From: an uncultured Thermoleophilia bacterium
GTDB taxonomy: Bacteria; Actinomycetota; Thermoleophilia; UBA2241
Assembly (NCBI GenBank): GCA_963814545.1
Contig: CAWFDC010000014.1
Span: forward strand, 201,387-265,386
Length of the DNA: 64,000 nt
Reading direction: 5' to 3'
How positions within the stretch are numbered: the stretch's first letter is position 1; each line of letters starts with the position of its first letter. A model generated the notes under the pieces. That model saw only the letters and a program-made list of their open reading frames with translations. It did no database searches and had not been told where the DNA came from. Shown piece by piece: positions 30,472-38,508 of the stretch. The position numbers were made by a program, and so were the translations under genes.

Positions 30472-30915
30472 TCAGATCTCGCCGTGGCCGGGGCCTTCGT
30501 CGGCGACCTTCCAGCCGAGCGGGCCGAGGGCGCGGATCTCCTCGGTGAACTCGGTGACCACGCGGGCGAACTTGTCGCCCTCGGCGGCCGAGACCCACTC
30601 GAGGCGGATGCGGCCGGGCTCGAGGCCGAGCTGCTCCAGCATCTTCTCCATCAGCGGGAAGCGGCCGGCGGTGCGGTAGTTGCCGTTGATGTAGTGGCAG
30701 TCGCCCGGGTGGCAGCCGGCGATGAGCACGCCGTCGGCGCCCTCGGCGAAGGCCTTCATGATGTGCGTCGGGTCGACCCGCCCGGAGCAGTTGGTCTTGA
30801 TCGGGACCAGGTTGGGCGGGTACTTCATCCGCGAGGTGCCGGCGAGATCGGCGCCGTTGTAGCTGCACCAGCGGCAGAGGAACCCGATGAGCCGCGGTTC
30901 GAACTGTTCGCTCAC
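30472..30915 (-). CDS. mvhD: MvhD (methyl-viologen-reducing hydrogenase delta subunit) family protein, copy 1
   Basis: VSEQFEPRLIGFLCRWCSYNGADLAG...IAGCHPGDCHY, 147 aa, intact. Confidence 0.88.
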   Translation of the reverse strand: MSEQFEPRLIGFLCRWCSYNGADLAGTSRMKYPPNLVPIKTNCSGRVDPTHIMKAFAEGADGVLIAGCHPGDCHYINGNYRTAGRFPLMEKMLEQLGLEPGRIRLEWVSAAEGDKFARVVTEFTEEIRALGPLGWKVADEGPGHGEI

Positions 30916-30940
30916 TCGTGTTCTCCTCCTCACGCCGGCC

Positions 30941-32919
30941 TCACGAGGCCGCCATTGCGCCTTCGATCTCGGCGAAGATCTGGTCGTCGAGGAAGCCCCG
31001 CTGCTGCGGGACCCCGGAGCCACAGGAGGCGACGCAGACGCCGCAGCCCTTGCAGGCGGCTTCGATGACCTCGGCGACGCCCTTCTCCTCGTTGTAGCGG
31101 ATGCGCTGAGTGCGGACAGAGCCCGACGCAGATGTGGCAGCCCGAGCACTTCTCGGGGTCGATGTAGGCGATCGTCGGCTCGATCTTCACGGTCGCGTTG
31201 TCGACCAGCGCCAGCGCGCCTGCGGCGGCGGCGCCCGCCTGGGCCACCGTGTCGGGGATGTCCTTGGGGTACTGGCAGGCGCCGGCGATGAAGATGCCGT
31301 CGGTGACCGTGCTGACCGGCTCGAGCTTGGGGTGACGCTCGAGGTAGAAGCCGTTGGCGCTGCAGCCGAAGCCGAAGATCTGCGCCGTCTCCTTGGCGTC
31401 GTCGCGCGGCGAGAGCCCGGACGACAGGATCACCATGTCGACCGGCAGGCGCCGCATGATGCCGAGGAGCGTGTCCTCGACCTTGACGACCAGGCGGCCC
31501 TCCTCGGCCTCGGAGAGCCCGATGTAGCTGACCTCGGCGGCGCGGCCGCGGATGAAGTGCACGCCCTCGTCCATGAGGCGCTTGTAGAACTCCTCGTAGC
31601 CCTTGCCCGAACAGCGCATGTCGATGTAGAACTCGTAGACCTCGGTCTCGGGCAGGTGCTCCTTGATCAGGTGCGAGAACTTGAGCGAGTACATGCAGCA
31701 CACGCGCGAGCAGAACTCCTGGTGGTTGTCGTCGCGGCTGCCGACGCAGTGCAGGATCGCGACCGACTTGGGCGGCTCGCCGTCCTTGCACACGATGTGG
31801 CCGGCGGTCGGCCCCGAGGCGTTGGAGATACGCTCGAACTCGAGGCTGGTGATGACGTCGTCGAGCGTGCCGTAGCCGTAGCGCGCCTCGGGCGTCGGGT
31901 CCCAGAGCTGGAAGCCGGTCGCCATGATGATGGCGCCGACCTCGATCTCGACGATCTCGTCCTTCTGGTCGAAGTCGATGGCCTCGGGGCCGCAGGCTGC
32001 CACGCACGGCTGCTTGCACTTCTTGCCCGTCAGCGTGAGGCACTTCTCGGGGTCGATCGTGGCCTTGAGCGGCACCGCCTGGGGGAAGGGGATGTAGGCG
32101 GCGGCGCGCTTGCTCAGGCCCTGGTCGAACTCGTTCGGGACCTTGCGCACGACGCAGGCCTCGGTGCAGAGGCCGCAGCCGGTGCACTTGTCGATGTCGA
32201 CGTAGCGCGGCTTCTGGCGGACCTTGACCTTGAAGTTGCCGACGTAGCCGTCGACCTCGGTGACCTCGCTGTAGGCCAGCAGCTCGATGTTGGGGTGCTT
32301 GCCGGCCGCCGACATCTTCGGGGTGAGGATGCAGGCCGCGCAGTCGAGCGTCGGGAAGGTCTTGTCGAACATCGCCATGTGCCCGCCGATCGACGGGTCG
32401 CGCTCGACGAGGTAGACCTTCTTGCCCGCCTGCGGCGAGCTTGAGGGCGGCCTCGATGCCGGCGATGCCGCCGCCGACCACCAGCACGTTCGGGTTCATC
32501 GGCACTTCGATGGGCTCGAGCGACTCGTTCAGCGGCAGGCGGTGGATCTGCGCGCCGAGGATGCGCTTGGACTTCTCGGTCGCGGCGTCGCGGTCCTCGG
32601 TCACCCAGGAGCAGTGCTCGCGGATGTTCGCCATCTGCAGCAGGTACGGGTTGAGGCCGCCGTCGGCGGCCGCCTTGCGGAAGGTGGGCTCGTGCATGGT
32701 CGGCGAGCAGGCGGCCACGACGGCCCGCGTGATGCCGTGCTCCTCGATGTCCTTCTTGATGAGCTCCTGACCGGGGTCGGAGCACATGTACTTGTACTCG
32801 CGCGCCACGGCCACGTTGGGCTGCTCGGCGGCCCAGCGCGTCACCTCTTCGACGTCGACCTTGCCGGCGATGTTGGTGCCGCAGTGGCAGATGTAGACGG
32901 CGATCTTCTCTTCACTCAT
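30941..32919 (-). CDS. hdrA: heterodisulfide reductase subunit A (HdrA), full-architecture copy, frame-disrupted (2 breaks)
   Basis: N-terminal Cys domain KIAVYICHCGTNI...AACSPTMHE. FAD motif VVGGGIAGIEAAL. Inserted ferredoxin CTGCGLCTEAC. GACQYPKDIPDTVAQA. C-terminal CSGCHICVGLCP and CKGCGVCVASC. The 3' end was read by eye in a third frame. Confidence 0.88.
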
Positions 32920-32939
32920 TCTCGCTCCCTCCTCGCCGC

Positions 32940-33815
32940 TCACGCCGGGATCGCAGCCAGCACCGGGTCGCAGGAGACGACCTGCTTGTCGATGGCGAGC
33001 TGCTTCGGGTCGGCGCCCAGCGCCAGGCCGGCGAGCTGGGTGAAGTACATGACGGGGATGTCGAAGTCGGTGCCGAAGGCCTTGTTGACCTGCCGCTGGT
33101 AGCCCTCGAGGTTCATCTCGCAGAGCGGGCACGCGGCGACGACCACGTCGGCCTTGTACTGGCGCGCGGCGACGAGGAGCTCGTGGCAGAGGCGCAGGGC
33201 GCCGTCCCGCTTGGTGAGCATCATCATGCCGCCGCAGCAGTCGGTCTTGGCGTCCCAGTCGGTGATCACGTCGGCGCCCATGGTCTGGAAGAGACGGTCC
33301 ATGGTGGTGGGGAACTGGACGTCGTCGAAGGCGCCCATGGGCCGCGAGAACTGGCAGCCGTAGTACGGCGCCACGCGGATGCCGGTGAGGCGGCGCGTGA
33401 CCTTCTGCTCGATCGCCTCGAGGCCGATGTCGTTGATGAGGATGTCCATGATGTGGCGGATCTTGACCTGGCCGTCGTACGAGCGCCCGACGGCGCCCAG
33501 GGCGCCGTTGACGGCCTCGAACACTTTCGGGTCTTCGGCCATGTAGCGGTTCGCCTTGGCGAGCGACGTGTAGCAGGCGTTGCAGATCACGCAGATCTCG
33601 CTCTCGCCCATCTCCTGGGCGATGGCCATGTTGCGCGCGGCGATGGCGAACGAGTCGAGCTCGCGCACCGAGAAGTAGCTGGTCGCGCCGCAGCAGTTCC
33701 AGTCGGGGAGCTCCACGAGGCCGACGCCGAGCTTCTCCATGAGCGCCCGCGTCGAGATGTCGTAGGCCTTGCCCGTCGCCTCGGCGGAGCAGCCCGGGTA
33801 GTAGAGGTACTTCAT
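32940..33815 (-). CDS. hdrB: heterodisulfide reductase subunit B (HdrB), two CCG domains
   Basis: Intact 291 aa with YYPGCS...NCCGATS and YYGCQ...DCCGGMM. Confidence 0.9.
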   Translation of the reverse strand: MKYLYYPGCSAEATGKAYDISTRALMEKLGVGLVELPDWNCCGATSYFSVRELDSFAIAARNMAIAQEMGESEICVICNACYTSLAKANRYMAEDPKVFEAVNGALGAVGRSYDGQVKIRHIMDILINDIGLEAIEQKVTRRLTGIRVAPYYGCQFSRPMGAFDDVQFPTTMDRLFQTMGADVITDWDAKTDCCGGMMMLTKRDGALRLCHELLVAARQYKADVVVAACPLCEMNLEGYQRQVNKAFGTDFDIPVMYFTQLAGLALGADPKQLAIDKQVVSCDPVLAAIPA

Positions 33816-34403
33816 TGGGCCTTCGCCTCCTCAGCCTCGAGGTACGCCGAGATCTTGGCGAGCTCGTCCTTGCCCTTGATGTTCTTGGCCGCCAGCGGCA
33901 TGCGGCCGTTGGCGAGGAGCTTGAGCCCGAGCTGCCAGAACTTGAACGGCATGCCCCAGTCCTTGGTCATCATGTACTTGGCCATGAGCTCGAGCTCGTG
34001 GTTGCGGCCGTGCTTGCGCACGCTGTCGATGAAGATCTTGGTCATCGCCGGGTTCTTGCTGCTGTGCTTCGGCGCGAGGTCGTACTTGATGGCCATGCGC
34101 TTCAGCTCGTACATCAGGTCGGTGATCTTGATGCCGGCGGGGCAGCGGACGGTGCAGTAGTAGCAGGAGGTGCAGAGCCAAATGGTGTTGCTCTTCACCA
34201 CGCGGTCGATCATGCCGGCACGGAACGCGGCGATGACCTCGCGCGGCCCGTACTCCATGAGGTAGCTCGTCGGGCAGGATCCCGGTGCAGGTGCCGCACT
34301 GCTGGCAGATCTTGATCTTCTCACCCGACGGCATGGCCATGACGTCTTCGGTGAACTTACGATGCAGTTCCTTGGCTTGCGCGGTGGTCGCTAGTTCGGT
34401 CAT
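33812..34403 (-). CDS. hdrC: heterodisulfide reductase subunit C (HdrC), frame-disrupted near 34285
   Basis: MTELATTAQAKELHRKF...CQQCGTCTG (ORF 33831..34718), then ...CTSCYYCTVRCP... (ORF 33812..34324). Two 4Fe-4S motifs. Confidence 0.85.
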
Positions 34404-34548
34404 TCTCCTCTCCAGTTCCGCAGAGACTGGGCACGTGATGAGTTCGATGCCGCACCCCGGGCCCTCGACCGGCTGGCCCGGCGGAGACACCGCAAAGGCT
34501 TCGGCGCAGACCAGAATCGACCGCTGCGCCGGGCGCGCGTCAGGGTGC

Positions 34549-34566
34549 TTGTGAAGAGTGTAGCAA
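34549..34566. promoter_or_regulatory. Rex-operator-like site TTGTGAA-GAGT-GTAGCAA (one perfect, one degenerate half-site) about 146 nt upstream of hdrC
   Basis: Compared by eye with the known Rex consensus TTGTGAA-N4-TTCACAA. The right half matches 4/7. Confidence 0.25.
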
Positions 34567-34718
34567 ATTGCGCCACTTCTCTCACTCCCGAAGCTGCGCC
34601 TCCCCAGCGGCGTGCGCCATCTGTACAAGGCTAGCACCGCGCACACGGCGGCGCGCCTGACGAACTGTACAGAGAGCGGGCCCCCTTCCACCCCTTTCGA
34701 TAAGCCGGGCGGGGGCAC

Positions 34719-34784
34719 GCATCAGGGCTTCTCCCGAGACGCATCGGGAGTTCTCCCGGCAGGCATCGGGAGGCTCCCGGACGC
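34719..34784. repeat. three tandem ~22-bp units, each carrying the palindrome CGGGAG-nn-CTCCCG
   Basis: gcatcagggcttctcccgagac / gcatcgggagttctcccggcag / gcatcgggaggctcccggacgc, followed by a fourth half-site (gtcgggag). Lies in the hdrC / tRNA-Thr intergenic region. Confidence 0.7.
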
Positions 34785-34809
34785 GGGGTCGGGAGAGTGC
34801 TTGATGCCG

Positions 34810-34851
34810 GGCGGCGCGGGCGCAAAGCCGCAGCTTTGCGCCCGCGCCGCC
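34810..34851. repeat. 19-bp perfect inverted repeat (hairpin) overlapping the putative tRNA-Thr -35
   Basis: ggcggcgcgggcgcaaagc-cgca-gctttgcgcccgcgccgcc. A TTGCGC-17-TACAAT promoter candidate (34836-34864) lies in and after the right arm. Confidence 0.7.
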
Positions 34852-34884
34852 GGTGACCTACAATCCTCAGCGCTTCACTTCGGA

Positions 34885-34960
34885 GCCGACGTAGCTCAGC
34901 TGGCAGAGCACATCACTCGTAATGATGGGGTCCGGGGTTCGATTCCCCGCGTCGGCTCCA
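34885..34960 (+). tRNA. tRNA-Thr (anticodon CGT), CCA encoded
   Basis: gccgacgtagctcagctggcagagcacatcactCGTaatgatggggtccggggttcgattccccgcgtcggctcca. Confidence 0.9.
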
Positions 34961-35134
34961 GTTCACAGCTCACCCCGCCGCAGATCACGCCGCAAATCAC
35001 GGGTGTTTCGCTCCTCCCCACCCTTGCCAGTGATGCAGGCCTGCCAACACTTGCCAACATCGGGCCTCAGTTCGCCTTCTCCGCGGCGCCCCTGAGGATG
35101 CTCTGAACGTGAGCGGCGATGCCGAACTCACCGC

Positions 35135-35162
35135 TTGTTAGATAGCGGAGATTGAGTAGAAT
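35135..35162 (+). promoter_or_regulatory. candidate sigma70-type promoter for fic (TTGTTA-16-TAGAAT)
   Basis: Lies in the lower-GC stretch upstream of fic. A GATAGC/GCTATC inverted repeat brackets the -10. Confidence 0.45.
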
Positions 35163-35245
35163 GCTATCCAACAAAAGTGGCGATTATCCTCAATAAGGGT
35201 GACGGAATCTCTCCGGATTCTCATTTGTGTTCGGTTGGGAGAGGC

Positions 35246-36409
35246 GTGTCAGAGACTTCTCAGGGCGGCAGAGCCGGTCGATACGTCAGGCAGACAAGCG
35301 GCTACTCGGCCTTCATCCCGCGGCCTCTACCCCCAGCGCCACCCCTCAAGCTGACCGCCCCGCTTCAACATCGTCTCTCTGAGGCAGATCGCATGCTGGG
35401 TCGCCTTGACGGCATCACGCAGATCCTGCCCGATCCCGACCTGTTCGTGGCGATGTACGTGAGGAAAGAGGCGCTGCTCTCGTCTCAGATCGAGGGGACA
35501 CAGGCGACTCTCGTGGACATGCTTGAGTACGAGCTGGCTCCCGCCCGAATGGCACGCGGGGACGCCAAGGAAGCAGTCAACTACGTTGGGGCGCTGAACT
35601 ACGGCCTCGACCGCCTGAAGACCTTCCCAATGTCCTTGCGACTGCTGCGGGAGATCCACGAGCGGCTCCTGACAGATGTGCGTGGAGCCGAGAGAGAGCC
35701 TGGTGAGTTCAGACGTTCGCAGAACTGGATCGGCCCGGAAGGGTGCGGTCTCAACGAGGCCACCTACGTTCCCCCGCCGGTTCCAGAGATGAAGGAGGCC
35801 TTGGGCGACCTCGAGATGTTCCTCCACTCGGACAAGCCGATGCCCCCGCTCTTGAAATGTGGCCTCGTGCACTCACAGTTCGAGACGATCCACCCCTTCC
35901 TTGACGGCAACGGGCGTATGGGTCGATTGCTGATCACGTTCCTGCTCTGTCAACAAGGCGTCCTGCACCGGCCCCTTCTCTACCTCAGCTACTACTTCAA
36001 GAGGCGGCGTCTTGAGTACTACGACCGGCTCCAAGCCGTTCGCGATGTCGGAGACTGGGAGGGCTGGATCGAGTTCTTCCTGAAGGGTGTCATCGACGTG
36101 GCCGCACAGGCCATCGACACCACGCGTCGGGTTCTCGAGTTGCATGAGCGAGACCGCGCCTTGTTGCAGACGAAGACAAGGTCCGCCAATGCTCTGATCC
36201 TCCTCGATCGGCTCTACCACCGTCCTCTCGTCTCCGTCAACGAGGTTGCTTCCTCCCTCCACATCACCTTCAACGGAGCGAGCAGGATCGTGAGTCAGTT
36301 CGAGAGCTTGGGCTTGCTCAGAGAGATAACGGGAGCCGAGCGAGGGCGCATTTTCGTTAACGACCCATACATTCAGCTGCTGCGCGAGGGCACGGACCCG
36401 TCGTCGTAG
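35246..36409 (+). CDS. fic: Fic/DOC family protein (class II, auto-inhibited) with C-terminal winged-helix domain
   Basis: Active-site HPFLDGNGRMGRLL. N-terminal inhibitory-helix motif SSQIEG ([ST]xxxE[GN]). GYSAFIPRPLPP start region. A GTG at 35246 is preceded by GGGAGAGG; the longest ORF starts at 35177. Confidence 0.85.
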   Translation: MSETSQGGRAGRYVRQTSGYSAFIPRPLPPAPPLKLTAPLQHRLSEADRMLGRLDGITQILPDPDLFVAMYVRKEALLSSQIEGTQATLVDMLEYELAPARMARGDAKEAVNYVGALNYGLDRLKTFPMSLRLLREIHERLLTDVRGAEREPGEFRRSQNWIGPEGCGLNEATYVPPPVPEMKEALGDLEMFLHSDKPMPPLLKCGLVHSQFETIHPFLDGNGRMGRLLITFLLCQQGVLHRPLLYLSYYFKRRRLEYYDRLQAVRDVGDWEGWIEFFLKGVIDVAAQAIDTTRRVLELHERDRALLQTKTRSANALILLDRLYHRPLVSVNEVASSLHITFNGASRIVSQFESLGLLREITGAERGRIFVNDPYIQLLREGTDPSS

Positions 36410-36571
36410 GCGTCGCGGGACCCACGAACTCGTCGGGACGAGCAGGGTGTGTGATGACCAAGGGTGTCCGTCACGGTTCCCGGCCGGCTGGCCGATGCCC
36501 CGGAACGCGCGACGAGGGCTCGCGCGTCACACAGGAGCGACGCCGCCGCACTCGATCGCCGGCTTGGCTCC

Positions 36572-37654
36572 TCAGACCTCGGACGACTTGACGCCGACCT
36601 GCTGCGGATGGCCCGCGCCGGTGGCGTAGGTATCCTCAAAGACCTCCCTTAGGACCGGGCTCTCACGGAGGGTGTTGAGGGCGATCGCGGCGTGGTCCTT
36701 CGTGTAGCCGTTGCCGATGATCATCGTCGTGTCGGCACCGACGCCCTCGGCGCCCAGGGCGGCGGCCGTGAAGCTCGTCGCCATGGAGAAGAAGTAGACC
36801 GTCCCGTCGTCTTTGGTCGCGAGGATCGACGACAGCTCGGTACCGGGCACGTTCACGCAGTTGATCGTCAGGTCGGCCATCCGGCCGCCTGTCGCCCTCT
36901 CCACCTCCTCGCGCACGAAGAGCTGGTCGGTGGCCGAGCCGCAGATGATGTGATCGACGAGGTCGGCCCTCTCGAGCCGCCTGCGGCCGGCCTCGTCGAG
37001 CTCGATGCCGATGATCCTCCCCGTGATCCCGACGCGCTTCCGCGCCTCGTGAGCGCAGAGCAGGCCGGCCTTCCCCCCGGCGCCGACGATGAAGACCGTC
37101 TGGCCGGGCTTGACGAGCTTGGCGGTCTGCGCCGGGGCGCCGGCGACGTCGTAGACGGCGAGCGCCAAGCCCCGGTCCATGCCGGCCGGCATGCGCGCGT
37201 ACACCCCCGTCTGGAAGATGATCGCCTGGCCGCGTACCTCGAGCTGGCAGGTGGCCTTGTCGACGGAGACGATCTCGTCGACTCTGAGCGGCGTGAGGGA
37301 GAGCGAGTGGAGGACGGCGACCGGGTCACCGACGTCGACGCCCGGTCGCTCGAACGCCGGCCCTATGGCGGCCACAGAGCCGTAGAGCACGCCGCCCGAT
37401 CCCGTGTCCGGGTTGTGGTGCTTGCCACGCTCCTTGATGATGCCGAGGCTGTGGCGGGCCATCTTCACGACGTCGCCGCCCTCGGCCTCCTCGATCTGGG
37501 TGAAACTCGCCGCGTCGATGTTGAGCGTGTCGACGTCGATGAGGATCTCGTTGTCGTAGATCTCCATCGTGTTGTCGATCTTCCACGCCGGCTGCGGCAG
37601 CACGCCCTTGGGCTCTATGACCCGGTGGGCGCCGTACCTGTTGCCATGCTTCAT
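36572..37654 (-). CDS. kdd: L-erythro-3,5-diaminohexanoate dehydrogenase (lysine fermentation Kdd)
   Basis: 360 aa. MKHGNRYGAHRVIEPKGVLPQPAWKIDN...LNIDAASFTQIEE...NPDTGSGG...DVAGAPAQ...GAGGKAG...FFSMATSFTAAALGAEGVG...GNGYT matches my recollection of Kdd sequences nearly end to end. Confidence 0.75.
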   Translation of the reverse strand: MKHGNRYGAHRVIEPKGVLPQPAWKIDNTMEIYDNEILIDVDTLNIDAASFTQIEEAEGGDVVKMARHSLGIIKERGKHHNPDTGSGGVLYGSVAAIGPAFERPGVDVGDPVAVLHSLSLTPLRVDEIVSVDKATCQLEVRGQAIIFQTGVYARMPAGMDRGLALAVYDVAGAPAQTAKLVKPGQTVFIVGAGGKAGLLCAHEARKRVGITGRIIGIELDEAGRRRLERADLVDHIICGSATDQLFVREEVERATGGRMADLTINCVNVPGTELSSILATKDDGTVYFFSMATSFTAAALGAEGVGADTTMIIGNGYTKDHAAIALNTLRESPVLREVFEDTYATGAGHPQQVGVKSSEV

Positions 37655-37827
37655 GAGTGTCGCCCCTCCGGCCTCCTCCGGCGCCAGCGAGGGTCGCGGG
37701 CGCCGTCGGTCGGCGTGCTTCACACCATACCCCCGCCGTTGTCCGAGATCGGCCTGGCCGGCGACGCCGGACCTGCCCCTCCCGGACGTGCCGCTCCGCA
37801 GCCTCCCGGCGAGGGGCAGGCGTGGCG

Positions 37828-38508
37828 TCACTGCAGCCGCACCACGCCCTTGCGGATCGCGTACTTGACGAGGTCGGTCACGTCGTGCAGCTGGAGCTTG
37901 CGCATGATGTTGCCGCGGTGGCTCTCGACCGTCTTCCTGCTCAGCCCCAGGATGTCGGCGATGTCCTGGTTGGTGTTGCCCTCGGCGATCAGGCGCAGCA
38001 CCTCCCGCTCCCTCGGCGTGAGCACGCCGCCCGCGTCGGGGCGGGCGTCGCCGCGGGCGAGGCGGCGGTAGTCGTCGATGAGCTTGGCGGCGATCGGCGG
38101 GTAGAGGAAGGACGCGCCGCTGTGCACGGTGCGGATCGCCTGCACGAGGTCCTCGGTCGCCACGCGCTTGAGCACGTAGCCCGAGGCGCCCGCCTCGATG
38201 ACCTGCTGCACGTAGGCGTCGTCGTCGTACATGCTGAGGATCAGGATCTTGACGCCCGGCCAGCGGCGCTTGATCTCGCGCGTGGCCTCGAGGCCGTTCA
38301 TGCGCGGCATCACCATGTCCATGATGACGACGTCGACCGCGGCCTCGGCGAGCAACTCGAGGGCCTCGGCCCCGTCGCTCGCCTCGCCGACCACCTCGAT
38401 GTCGCTCTGCAGGGCGAGCAGCGAGCACACCCCCTCGCGCAGGATCGTGTGATCGTCGGCGACGATGACCCGTATCGGCCCCGCGCCCGTCGCCTCACCG
38501 TCAGTCAT
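37828..38508 (-). CDS. NarL/FixJ-family response regulator (REC + LuxR HTH)
   Basis: Intact 226 aa with VIVADDH, DVVIMDMVMP (phospho-Asp) and LTPREREVLRLIAEGNTNQDIA. Overlaps the kinase gene by 8 nt. Confidence 0.9.
   Translation of the reverse strand: MTDGEATGAGPIRVIVADDHTILREGVCSLLALQSDIEVVGEASDGAEALELLAEAAVDVVIMDMVMPRMNGLEATREIKRRWPGVKILILSMYDDDAYVQQVIEAGASGYVLKRVATEDLVQAIRTVHSGASFLYPPIAAKLIDDYRRLARGDARPDAGGVLTPREREVLRLIAEGNTNQDIADILGLSRKTVESHRGNIMRKLQLHDVTDLVKYAIRKGVVRLQ

Noticed and set aside
27977-34403. Possible selenocysteine (in-frame TGA) recoding in the Mvh/Hdr genes as the cause of the split ORFs
   Set aside because: The breaks are frame changes: collinear homology continues in a different frame. 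They are not single in-frame TGA codons at known Sec positions, and no SECIS-like context was evident.
34719-34784. CRISPR-like array
   Set aside because: There are only three directly abutting 22-bp units with no spacers and no cas genes. This is a tandem palindromic repeat, not a CRISPR.
34885-36570. Integrated prophage or integrative element at tRNA-Thr
   Set aside because: There is no integrase, excisionase or phage gene. I could not find a convincing direct repeat of the tRNA 3' end downstream of fic. I kept it only as a 'minimal islet' hypothesis.
37655-37827. Lysine riboswitch upstream of kdd
   Set aside because: I could not recognise L-box conserved segments in the 170-nt leader. 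There is only a 10-bp stem (cctgcccctc...gaggggcagg), which more likely terminates the response-regulator transcript.
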